64,000 nt of DNA from Mizuhopecten yessoensis (Eukaryota). The notes under the pieces were generated by a model that had not been told where the DNA came from, searched no databases, and saw nothing but the letters and a program-made list of their open reading frames with translations. Below, piece after piece: positions 51,201 through 64,000 of this stretch. A program made the position numbers and the translations under genes. Each line of letters begins with the position of its first letter. The stretch's first letter is position 1. The stretch lies in NCBI RefSeq assembly GCF_002113885.1, contig NW_018408610.1:502648-566647 (forward strand), given 5' to 3'.

Positions 51201-54200
51201 TCATTGGTAGGAGTGATAAAAAGTAAGGGATACAACAACAACAAAATATAAAAACAAATGAGGCAATTCAGCTCGAAGAGTTTGAAAAATCCATGATTAT
51301 ATAGAACACTTAAAGCTGTCGACAGTGTGGGAAAAATGAAGTGGAATTTTTGGAGCAGTCCGCTACTCATTTTTTCAAGACATACAACAGACAGACAAAG
51401 ACAAACCATTCATTTCGAAATACACTCATTCAAATAAACCTATAAATTGTTGATAACAATTTGACGGGCTTTTCACAGAAGTCTAAATATAGAATACAAA
51501 CCTGCATTTTTTGTGTCTAAATATAAATCAAAGTACTGAGATTTCAGAGAAAACGGCAAAATCGCACAAAAGACAAACGGTATTTTACTTTCACTTTTAA
51601 AATTTTATTTAGAGTAGGTCAATGTCATTCTTTTGCACCAATTTTAAACAAGACAAATTAGAAGTCAGAAAAATGTGGTTTGCATATTTTTACATAAATG
51701 ACATCTGTGACCTTCAAGTCAATCAAGGTCAATCATGTTTTCAAGCTTGATAGCCAATTACCTGTCATGTATCATATATCAAGACTCTAGACATCGTGGA
51801 ACTTTAAAAGACATTTTGGAAGTTGTTACCTTGAAATAGCACCTATGAAATTTGACCCCTAAATAACTCAAAACTTGACCTGGTCAACTCAAAATGTGTT
51901 CTGCCAAACGTATGCGCATTGGCGTTGTCCACGTCATACCTGAATATAAAGTGAATCTATCGACCAATTTTCGAAATATGTTTGATTACAGATTTTTTTT
52001 TAAACATTTGTCGATTGTGACCTTGATAGTTGACTATGGTCAACCATTTGTTCAAACCTGATAGCTGAACATCTCAGCATATTAAATATCAAGACTCTAT
52101 ACCTTGTGGAACTGAAAGAAGTAGACTAATCGTCCAAAAAAAGCCCGCTACAACCATACCGTCCTAGCTATGAACAAAAGTATGGCAGTCACAGTTTTAA
52201 ATTATGATATGAGGTAGTATTATTGAATGGATTAAATTTTAAATTAATAGCTTAACAAAAAATAACCATACAGCAAGTATTAGAGGATACAATGTGGCTG
52301 AAAAGGTACAAAACTGTTCATATACTGAGAATACTATCGTGGTGCAAGCAGTCGATATTTATCGAATATTCTACCGTAGCAAACTATCAAGACGTTGGTA
52401 GGAACAGTTGTGGTATCACCATGTTACAAGATGTGCAGTGTGCGCACGGAGCGTGAACGATGTGGTCATGGTGTACGCATAAGGTGTATGTGCGAACGAT
52501 GAAATACATGCGATTCAATGTTCCGCAGATCTTTTCGCACGAAGAACGAACGGTGTGCGATAACAATCGTGCTTGATATATATACAGGAATTGCCTTAAA
52601 GAATAAAAACGATTTCATTTGAAAACTAAAGAATGATAAGTTTACGGTATGTTACAATATTTTAGCAAGATCGGTGTGTTATATCGTTCATTTTTTGTTC
52701 ATGTTTATCAATAACGGACATTGTATTAATCGACACTTGTAAATGCAAACATCGTTACGGTCTCGCTCATAAAAACGCACGTACATGTACCGGGGGGGGG
52801 GGGCGTTCCACGAGGTCTAGAGTGTCTGTGTCCGGCACAGGCCAGGCAAATATCCCGGTCACTCATCCAAAGGTTATTCACCTGTTCTGTAACCTGAAGT
52901 CAGGCCCCATTCTTGACATTTTTAATTCGCGTTGTAAACTTGGATATGATGCAAAATATACTTACCAGAAATGACATAAAACGATGCATCTTATATCAAA
53001 TCTTCCACATTTTTTTCATTTCGTAAAATTTATTAGCCATGCAATAGTACGATATCGCAAATATGTATTGACATAAGCGCACAACATTGTTGAAATGCAC
53101 GATTGTGAGCACAATGTGCGGACAATGTGCGCACGCTGTTTTTGGTGCATTGTGCGGTCATACAACTGTAACATGACTCAATGTCGTTTTCCATTTCGAA
53201 GATTAATAAAATGAAAAATCAATCATATAAAAAACTGGAAGTATCTTTTAGACAAATATAAAACAAAAATGTGTTTACGGGAACTGTTAAGTAAAATAAT
53301 AAACGATAACCACTGTTTCTATATACGTACTCAGTTGTTTTTGACGTTCGTTTTTCTCTCCATCTCACCACAAAGTAGATAACAAGTAGAAAGAGGAAAG
53401 CTATGGCCGCCCCAGCGCATGCACCTATGATGGTAGTGTTCTTACCGTTGAAGAATACCAAAACCTTGTCTTTACAAGTGTGACCGTTATAGACATAGGT
53501 AGAATCTTTTTTGCATCTGGGAAAAAGCAACAATTCAAAGTTAGACAAATATTGTTTTGAAGAGTGATGAAGTCTTTCCTTTGGTCAAAGCAATTATATA
53601 CATTTTTCATTTATCTTCAGATACGTCGTGAGATCTTGCAAGATTTTTTGCCAGTGACATACAGGGAAAAAATTAATATTAGAATATTTTATAATTTCTA
53701 TTAATCAATGTTTTGTTTATAAACTTTAAACTTTCACGAAGAGACATTATTTGTGAACTTATGAAGAGTTATGTGAATTTCCCACGATTGGAATAAGGTT
53801 AAATTTAGTCATTTCATATATATTTGTACATATTTACCGAATCTCTCAAGCAAATCACAAATCAAAATTACCAATCAGCGATTCTTAGACACGTGCTTGG
53901 AATATGATATATTTCAGGAGGATGATAAAACATGTATTAATCATAATATACATTTATCTTGCGATGTTATCAAAGATGTAAAAAAAAAAAAAAAAAAAAA
54001 AAAACCCCCTTTTTTTTGGGGAAANAATAACCCACTTTATTATGGGTAAGATGTTAACGTATTAGTTTTAATAAAGAATTTTAAGGAGCAAAATAAACTA
54101 TCTATTAAGTGATGTGCCATGTACAGTGATTGCAGAAATATCGGCATCGGTGAAATGAAGTTATCTTAAAATATTCAAAATTAGGCACTTTCGAACTTCA

Positions 54201-57200
54201 TCAATTATCCTTTCATCTTTAATGCACATGTTTTAAACAGAATTGCTATTTCACCCATTATGTTTTTTAAAAAAAATACGATATACCATAATGCTTTGCT
54301 TTTTTCGCTATTAGGTATTAAGATTATTTGATACATGCCCGTCACTGCGTGTGCTATAAGTGAATATTACAAGGAATATTGTGTTATGTTTTTCAACTTA
54401 AGAATTCTTCGTTAGTTAGTAAGTTATACAAAAAACAATATACATGAATATATCTCAATTTCATATTTTTTTTTAAAAAACATTTCAAATTATTGATAAT
54501 CATTACCTGCATTTCACATTCCCGTCTATGTGTACGTAGCACTCTCCGTTCTTTGAGCAGATGTTATTTGCATTACACTTATGTGTGCAAGTCAAAACCT
54601 GTTTATTTACTACACATACGGTATCATATGAACATACGTTTGACTTTATGCATGCTTTCTGCAAGACTTCCTCGAAATGGTTTTGTTCCAATGCTAAAAC
54701 ACCAACAAAAAGTCATTATAGTCGTACTGGATATATATTCAAGGTTACTCAATATACATAAGATATCAATTATACCTTAATAGGCAAAAGCAAGAAAAAT
54801 AGAAATTTCTAATGAAACAAAAGACGCTTGTTCTTCTGGAATACCTGGTCTCACTATCGATGAACTGTTTCAAAGCCGTCTATGTAAATATGTCCATTTT
54901 ACACATGTTGCATTAGTTTAAGTGACTTTTAGTAAGAATTAACGTCTACATATTAATATTATTAACTTTTCGAATGTTAGCCTCTAGCATGTATTCTCTG
55001 GCCTATAACTCATGTATTCCAATTTCCTTTTTAATGTTAACAATTATGTTTTTCAGATATGCAATGCTTGACTTAAAACATCAACTTGTATGTGTATTAT
55101 TATCTTTATTGATAATCAACCCCATTACGATTTTAAAACGTAATGGGAGAACCCTGATCCCTCTACGTACCTTGTTGAATTGCATTGTCCGTCTTATTAG
55201 TCTCAATGTAAAGAATGTCTTTGCCCGAGACATTAAATTGTGCGTTGGTATATCCCGCTTCCTTTATGGAATTAAGTAGTTGTGTTGTGTTTATTGGATT
55301 ACCATTACTTGGCGCTACCAACACCTCATACCTGCATCCAATGGAGCCATTGCTAAGATTGAAAAAAAAAGTGATTTATTAATAAACACGCGATACATGT
55401 CAAAATACACTTCATACATAATCATATTTGTTTAAAAACGTTTACATGATCACATGATTCTATATTATATATATCAAATGAACATACTAATTGGTATAAA
55501 CGCACACAATGTTTATCTCTTCATCATACAAGTTCGATATGATGCAGTATTTTATCGAATTTTGACACAATGACCAGTTTAAACACCATATGCATATCTG
55601 ACTGATTGTAGGTGTCTATTAATAACTGTGAAAAATGGCAAACAACGTTTCTGTCATCATTTTACGTGCTTGGCAGATTATATAATTGATCTGGTTTCTT
55701 TATAGCATATTTTATTTTTATGAAAGCATTAATTATAGAACATTTCTCAATAGTCACTGGTTCAGAATCATATGTGCTACAACCGGTACTGGGTCGGTCT
55801 CTTCTGACCCCAAATCTTAATATTATTTCAAAATGCTTATAATTGCCGTTATGAAGAATATAACTGAATTAATTATTTTTAAGCATTAGCCAGCATTTTG
55901 TTCCGTGTTATGGTCCTATAACACGGAAAAGGATTGCAAACAAAATGAATAACGTGCGTTAAAATGGGAAAGATGAAAATATACATGTATTAATTCTGCG
56001 AAATATTTCACGCCTCCCATAATCGGTTGTTTAAATAATAAACGACAAATAAAAAATCCTGAAATTATGTTAAAACGATAAGAGAATGTATGTTTACTCA
56101 CAAGAAACCGGTTATGTTGACACCTTGAAAATCAGTAATGCTACTGTAGAGGGCATAAAGCTATAATAAAGATAAATAATTAAATATGAACTCATTGCAA
56201 CCCAATCATATATGCATACATACTGGCAAACTGGAAAACTATGAACTATTTCATATAATTCAATATACAGCATAATTAGTGATGTTGGTCAAATCTCATC
56301 TCAAAACATGTTTCTATATATTACATCAATTCAAAAGAAGACATTTCACATGTTTACAATTTAAAGAGTTTTAAAAAATGGATGGAACTACGAATAAAAC
56401 AAAATACAGCTCATTTACTTTATTTATATATGGAGGCATTGCAGTTGAGAGAAAAACATATTTTCGGGGGAAATATGAAATTTCCGTTGGAGAATCTAGA
56501 CACAGCAAGACAACCAAAAAGTAGATCCATTTTCAAATTATTTTTTCAGAATGTTACACACAATTTGCTAATATCATTTGTTTTAAACAACTTGGCTTAT
56601 CTTTCTTTAACATGAATGCAATAATGCTAATGTTTAATTTAATCAGCGTAACAATTGTACACTTCACGGCTTCACGGTGGACGTTGCACAAAAACTGCAC
56701 ATTTATTGCGTACACATTGTAATGCCGTCCAACAATATATCAATACGTAATGTGATGAGGTCACTTATGTTATGAAAAATAATTGTCATTTTTGTCAATG
56801 GGTCCAGGTAACATAACGTAAATATAGAAGCATAATTCCCACCTACGATGATGAAAAAGTACGGAAACAATAATGAAAGTATTATTGTAAGGTATTGTAA
56901 GGTATGCTACCAATTGAAAGGAAAAATTGCGTTGAGTCTCACAAGTCCGACACAGTGCAAAGAGGAGGTTGTCCTCCTGCGGCTCCGTGCCGGTCATATT
57001 TGTCTTACTCATGCATATCTACTCAATAGGGGAGATCCACCTATACATAATTCACAGTTACAGTGGAGCTTTAGAGGTCCTAGTTTTACGACTAGCTGTC
57101 CAATTCAAACAAACATACTATTTCTGAGTGTCCTAATATTTATTACCAGGCTTTGAATAGACGACTATGAAATTTTGCGCCCTTTAAAAAGAATAACTTA

Positions 57201-60200
57201 ATTAAAGTTATCAAATTATACTTATTATAAACATACCATTGAGTAAACCACTTGATAAGTTACGTAAATAATGCATCTATAGAGAGGTTATTATGTCCCC
57301 CAAACGGAGTGGGGACATATTGGTGTAACTCTGTTCTTATTTCTTATTATTGAGTCCCCAAAACGAATTTATTCAGGGGGGGGGGGGGGGGGGGGGNCAC
57401 GTCTATTTTTTAACAGCTGCGCATCCAAGATGGCCACCACAGCCTCTGTCATTTAACATTAACTTTAATGTTAAATAAGGGTAATACAGCTTACTCGGTA
57501 TACTAAATTGATTTTAACTTAAGGCGGAAATAATATATATTAATCCATTTTTTTCCCTAGTAACTATAATGAATGACCTTAATATTATCTAGTTATGCGA
57601 CGTATATCTAAAACAAGTGCACTTTGTTTACGTTAATTATTTCCAAAAGATTTTCTGTCCCGAAAATGTTTGGGGGTATATTTTGCAAAACCCTGAAATC
57701 AAATCTTAATCGTTTCTTAAACGACATGGGATCACTGGAATTTTTTTTCCTCATCATAAAAATTGCAGTGCTAGGGAAATAAATATATATCAATTAAAGA
57801 AAACCATTGCTTGTTCAGATGTAAATATGGTTATATTTTAAACGATAGTGTCCGTGAACGGCATTTTTGTTGATTGTACTGAGACTGGGACAGGCAAATG
57901 ATACTTTTATTTCGCAATCATATGAATCATATCACTAAAGATGACTTATATATTAGTAAAAAATAGACACAAACGAAAACATATAATATGTAAAATCGAA
58001 ACACTTACTACAATTGTAAAGTCATAGCTATAGATTTGGTACATAGGTGACGTTGTATCATCTAACTCTTGCGAGTAGTTGCCGTTGACGAAAATTGTTA
58101 ATGGTATAGATAGGTTTGCTTGACCTGGAATTAAAACAAACTTATCATACTATGACTATAGTTTATGGTTAATTTCTTCCAATACACAACTTTTTAACTA
58201 TAATCAATATTATACATCTCAATCAATTTATACATCTAAAATTCAATGTCATATAATTACATAAAAGAATAAAAAAAATTCGGAATAGTCCCTATCAAAC
58301 GGATTATTCGTCCCTATATATATATTACTACTTTATACACAATACCTTAGAATTTAGGTAATATTCGACACAGTGCAATTGCAATGCAACAATAATTAAA
58401 TCGTAATTCCGAGATTCAAACCAACAAAGATATAATATCAAAGCAGTCTACAAAAGTCTGCAACCATCTGGATACAAAAAGTCATTGAATCGATTATTTT
58501 TCAGGTTTAAACAGAATACTAAAGTGAATACCAAAGTGTTAACAAAACCAAAAGTAGAACTAAACATTCATAACAGTAAGGGGAAGTTAGGAAAAAGGGA
58601 AAAAATAACATTTTGAAAATGCACAAGAAAAATAAGACGAAGTTGATCGACGATTCCCGCCATTACTCATGTAAATATTTACAAAAACATGTTAAATATT
58701 ATAATTCATCGTGTGATTTTCATATATTTGGGTAAATACACCCATATTTTCTTTTACCGTAACCGATAATGAATGGACGTTAGCCTTACACATTTATTAC
58801 GATGGAAACCATATATTAAGAACTACGACTGTGGTATAACAGACAAAAAAAAAAACACGTGTTTTTCTCAAAATTCGCAAAAGTGTTTTAACACGTGATT
58901 ATTTTTTTATTCATATGCATTTTTTCAAAGAAAGGAAAATATTGCTGCCAAGTTTTACAGATATAAAGAACTGAAGCCTGTCCAAAGATCCTACATGAAA
59001 CACCGTCCATGTGAAGGGTCGAAAGGTATCCAAGGTATTTCACTGTAATACTTAATTCCACAAAAGCAATATTATAAAAGTGTTTTTGAAGCAAGAGAAG
59101 GTAATGCAGACTGACCACCTACTCTATTCACCAGATCTAAATCCCTGTGGTTTCTGCCTGTTTTAGTCTTATTCATAATATGTTTTAGAAGATGGACTAT
59201 CTTCCTATTAACTTGTCCACTGGACAATCATCCCGTGTAGAGATTGATCATTTTAATTAAAAATCTGTTTCTCTATATCAAAACGACCTTTGAACGTGAT
59301 TTATACCTCAGACAAGTTCATTATTAAATACCAAATAATGAAAAAAAATCATCGTTTGTTTAGCAGAATAAACATTTTTCTTACCCCAATTTGGTTTATG
59401 TGAAGGATATAACGATGGCTGAGCTGTTGTTGATTTATGAGTCAATCCTGCTGGTGGCGTTGTTTTCCTTGGGACTCCTGTCGGTGCCGTTGAATTAGTT
59501 TTGCCTCCTGTGGGTGCCGATGACTTATTTGGGCTACCTGTCGGACCTCCTATGTTTGACAGTGGATCAGTTGGGCTTTCTTTGTTCGACCATGAAGTAG
59601 TTGGGCCTTTTGTGTTTGACGGGGAGTTAGTTGGGCCTCTTGTGTTTGACGGTGAATTAGTTGGGCCTTCTGTGTTTGACGGTGGATTAGTTGGGCCTTC
59701 TGTGTTTGACGGTGAATTAATTGGGCCTCCTATGTTTAACGGTGGATTAGTGGGGCCTTCTGTGTTTGACGGTGGATTAGTTTGGCCTTCTGTGTTTGAC
59801 GGTGAATTAATTTGGCCTCCTATGTTTAACGGTGGATTAGTTGGGCCTTCTGTGTTTGACGTTGGATTAGTTGGGCCTCCTATGTTTGACGATGGATTAG
59901 TTGGGCCTCCTATGTTTGACGATGGATTAGCTTGGCCTCCTATGTTTGACAGTGAATTAGTTAGGCCTTCTGTGTTTGACAGTGAATTAATTGGGCCTCC
60001 TATGTTTAAAGGTGGATTAGTTAGACCTCCCATGTTTGACGTTGGATTAGTTGGGCCTCCTATGTTTGACGATGGATTAGTTGGGCCTCCTGTGTTTGAA
60101 GGTGGATTAGTAAGGTCTCCTATGTTTGACAGTGAATTAGTTAGGCCTTCTGTGTTTGACAGTGAATTAGTTGAACCTCCTATGTTTGACAGTGAATTAG

Positions 60201-61539
60201 TTGGGCCTCCTATGTTTGACAGTGAATTAGTTGGGCCTCCTATGTTTGACGATTGATTAGCTTGGCCTCCTATGTTTGACAGTGAATTAGTTAGGCCTTC
60301 TGTGTTTGACAGTGAATTAATTGGGCCTCCTATGTTTAAAGGTGGGTTAGTTAGACCTCCCATGTTTGACGTTGGATTAGTTGGGCCTCCTATGTTTGAC
60401 GATGGATTAGTTGGGCCTCCTGTGTTTGAAGGTGGATTAGTAAGGTCTCCTATGTTTGACAGTGAATTAGTTAGGCCTTCTGTGTTTGACAGTGAATTAG
60501 TTGAACCTCCTATGTTTGACAGTGAATTAGTTGGGCCTCCTATGTTTGACAGTGAATTAGTTGGGCCTCCTGTGTTTGACAGTGAATTAGTTGGACCTTC
60601 TATGTTTGACGATGGATTAGTTGGGCCTTCTGTGTTTGACGGTGGATTAGTTGGGCCTTCTATGTTTGACGATGGATTAGTTGTGCCTCCTGTGTTTGAC
60701 GGTGGGTTAATAAGGCCTTCTGTATTTGACGGTGGATTAGTTAGGCCTTCTGTGTTTGACAGTGAATAAGTTGGGACTCCTATGTCTGACAGTGAATTAG
60801 TTGGGCCTCCTATGTTTGACAGTGAATTAGTTGTGCCTCCTGTGTTTGACGTTGAATTAGTTGGGCTTTCTTTGTTTGACGATAAAGTAGTTGGGCCTCC
60901 GGTCGATGCCAATGAGTTGGCTGGGCTGCCTGTATTTGACCGTGAATAAGTTGCGCTTACGGTTTTATCCGATGAATGGTTTGGGCCTCCTGTCTGTGCC
61001 GATGAATACGTTTGGCATCCTGTGTTTGCCGATACAGTTGTTGCGACCCTTGTTTGTTCTGATGCAACACTTGCGTCTTCTGTTTGTTTTAATGCAGTAG
61101 TTTTGCCCTCTGTTTGTATAGATGCGGTAGATTGGCCTCCTGATGAATCCACATGATAGGAGATACCTCCTGCTGATGTCGTAGTTTGATATTCTTAACC
61201 AAAATAAACAGTTAACGTTAAGATAAACTACGTCCTATTTGACTTTGCAATAATTTGAAACGTCATTATTTTATTCATGCGATGTCAAAAAGAGTTTTAA
61301 TATCCTAATGTTCCGAATAGCAGCCTGACTTAATACCGTGTTTATTTTGTACTTGTCTATTTAATCATACATAGTTTACTCAACGTTGATTTTCCTGATA
61401 TCAACTCTGTAATATATTCAATAAATAATGCAATATCGTCTTTTGAATGAGCAAAGCTGTAAACGGGGTGAAAATGGGAGAACAACCTTACCTGTCACCG
61501 ATGCTACTTTTTTAGCGCAGATATCCATTCTAACCATAA
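48270..61539 (-). CDS. Transmembrane mucin (PTS-SEA-EGF-like-TM-cytoplasmic tail); exons 61492-61539, 59385-61193, 58009-58124, 56102-56160, 55171-55352, 54507-54693, 53331-53516, 50497-50740, 49894-50049, 49222-49271, 48270-48279; 5' end not located
   Basis: All junctions are GT-AG and phase-consistent. SEA-like YSQELDDTTSPMY...GVNITGFFNGSIG; Cys-rich CSKNGECYVHIDGNVKCRCKK..YNGHTC; TM IIGACAGAAIAFLFLLVIYFVV then RWREKR; Tyr-rich tail. AATAAA near 46375. Confidence 0.88.
52309..52599 (+). repeat. Second copy of the ~290-bp dispersed repeat, in a mucin intron
   Basis: Matches 13251-13541. Confidence 0.85.
59530..60900 (-). repeat. Coding 30-bp VNTR of the mucin (SN[T/I][E/G]GPTN[P/S][P/L/S]) with a 330-bp higher-order duplication
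   Basis: Perfect 30-bp periodicity. The variant unit ...attagcttggcctcc recurs at 59921 and 60251. Confidence 0.95.
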
Positions 61540-64000
61540 CTAAAAATAGAAACAAATTATACAATGTGTTTAAGAATGAACAAAGCAAGATATTACGTGG
61601 TGTTATTTTTTTTTAAATATATACATTTAGCGAGTCACTGACACATCATCATCTCAGCTGAAAACAAACCCTGCCATTTCAAATGAAAAGCTGTCTGTAT
61701 TTATGACATCAGATAGAGGAACGTAACACACACATGGGATCGGACATATAAGAAAGTCAGCCAACAATGAATTACATTGCATAATACAGCTGTTTTCTCC
61801 TTCAAAGACTCATCAGAAAGGCTAGGGGCAAAGGGTCGGAAATCAACATTGTCTTAAGAACTGTAGAAACAGAAAGGCAGGTGTGTGAAAACCCTTATTT
61901 TATTAACTAAAACTTAAAGTAAGGCTTGTGCTCACACTCAAAAGTAACAGTTTCGCCTGTTTAAATGGACAGACAGACAATACAAAAGGGAGGAAAACAG
62001 ACAGAAAAGAACATGGAGTGATGCACGGTTATCAGTTTTGCCTAGTGAAGTGTTATGTAAGATTAAAACAAGCGAAACGGTTGCGCGTGAGAAAGATGTT
62101 GACTGAAGTCCGGTGAATGAGATTGGTAAAACGAGTGTTCATGTTGGATGTCTTCGTTTAAAATGTTTTGCAGTGTTGTCATTAAAACTGTAGAAACCAA
62201 CTGTATCTTCCTTCTGTTTACGGATACAACAGAGCAGTGAGATGCTCATTATTCTTATTTTTCTATTTTGTAATGTTTGTAACAGATTCTATCAAACTTT
62301 CTTGAATATGGCTTTTGTTTTGCTATTTTCATATTGTTTCCATTGTTATTCATGTTCATGTATTTTCAATTCCTTTTTTGATGAAGAACTAGCTATCGTG
62401 AACTAAATGGTTAAGCACAAATTAGTCTACTCTTACCATAACATGTCATTAAAACAAATTAGAAAAGCTAATCATTATAAAATATTTAGTTCAATTTGTC
62501 CAGAAATCACTGCTTGGAAGATTGTCTGTCATAATGCTTTTCCGGAATATATTTTTAAGTTACTTTCAGGAAAACATGTCAAGAGGATCACCATCAAACT
62601 GGCAAAGAAATTCCAACCAAATGGCTAGAACAAAGAAGGATATGACTGATGAAGAAATAAGTGGGGGGAGTGAAGAGTGAGGAGGGGCATCTCATAACGG
62701 ATATAACAAAAATGGCATTGACACATTTAACCACACGAGACAGAGGTAGAACTAATCATCAGAGGAAATGCAATCACTAAGGTATAACTATTCTAGTATA
62801 TATGCAAAGATTTACTCGAAACAACTCGAAGGAACATTGACCTTTTACAGAGAGCTGCTCCAGACAATTTGATGAAGAGACCTATATTCTGTCGAATTTG
62901 TCATTATGTGAAGAAATTGATGGACATACATGTTTGCCTTTCATTACTTTCATGAATTGTTAACCTCTTGCAAAAGGATAAATTGATAAATAAAACTGTA
63001 ACTATACAGTAGAAACAGAACTAACATGGGTTTTGAACTCATTACCGCCAAACTCATGACATTCAATTAATCTAGCAAGCTGAGCTACATTGCCAATTTG
63101 TCATAGTAATCATATTTGCCCAATCCAACTACAATCATATTTCTAACTAATTTCAGGGAGGATCGTTCAATTTCAGAAAAACTACGGTCGAATTATCTAG
63201 TGTTTTGCATTAGGCAGTACAAGGATCCGTACGGCTATTGATTTCATTGCGATTATTACCTCAGTTCAGTTGAAAATTGGGTTGTACAGGTTTTAAAGTA
63301 AAACCGGCATCAATTTGTTTTTGTAATTACCTGAATGCATATCAACATTTCTAAGTTGAACAAAATATAATGAATTCATAGATAAGTTTAATATATAATA
63401 GGTTAACATTTAACATTTGTGAAAAAACAAATGACTCCTTTTTTTAATTTGTTGATAAAAGCAGTGAAGTTGAGGAAAATGCAATTATAACACTTTTTAT
63501 GGCCCAATAGCAAGAAAACCGATCGAGATAGTTATATTTTTTTCCATCTTTTTCTATCAACTGATAATGCTGAATAATGAAAACTTGATTATAAACATCG
63601 TAATTAACAGAAAAGTACATTGATCTCATTGCCAAGTTACCAAGGCCTGATTTAACAGAAATTCTTATCGAAACATCTGTGATCAAAACCTACCGAGCTA
63701 GCTATTTGTATTGTTAAACCTCAATGTTCCTTTGCATTCTCAATGTTATTTGCTCGCGGACAATCTTTGATTTTTCATTGACCGTTACATTGATACTGTT
63801 TTGTATATACTTCCTGAATATATTTACTAGTACAAGACGTCCATGATCACAAGAAGTGATTGTTCGGACATAGGCAATATTTCAGCTTTCTACGATATTG
63901 ATACATCCCAGTTGGGATAAGAATACTAGCTGGAATCTCCAGTGTGATACGGACCACGGGGGAAACGTCACGCATCTTAGTAAAATCAGCAATTAGTCGA

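Noticed and set aside
59501-60769. Plus-strand ORFs (FDSELVGPP repeats)
   Set aside because: Antisense of the mucin VNTR exon.
63690-64000. Possible 5' exon of the right mucin
   Set aside because: No convincing frame, signal peptide or splice pair could be identified.

Overview
AT-rich, intron-containing animal genomic DNA, probably a bivalve mollusc (inferred from the repeat families). It is not prokaryotic, so most ORF-track entries are noise. Both ends hold minus-strand mucin genes: a Thr/Pro-rich PTS exon at 1-2127, and a spliced PTS-SEA-EGF-transmembrane mucin at ~46.3-61.5 kb. Between them is a ~32-kb block bracketed by a diverged ~0.4-kb direct repeat (12.6-13.0 kb and 45.4-46.0 kb). 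The block holds a head-to-head pair of three-exon paralogous genes with a PD-(D/E)XK restriction-endonuclease-like motif set; one is open and one is pseudogenised. A decayed Crypton-type tyrosine-recombinase element lies between the pair. The pseudogene has a 30-bp minisatellite made of its own splice donor, and a nested TE stack in intron 1: satellite > hAT-like element with 5-bp TSD > two-gene PIF/Harbinger > foldback MITE. Also present are a decayed Tc1 (DD34E), CORE- and V-type SINEs, a CR1/L2-type LINE 3' fragment, Helentron/HINE-like repeats and one assembly gap. All exon models were read by hand from GT-AG sites and phase matching; no database searches were run.
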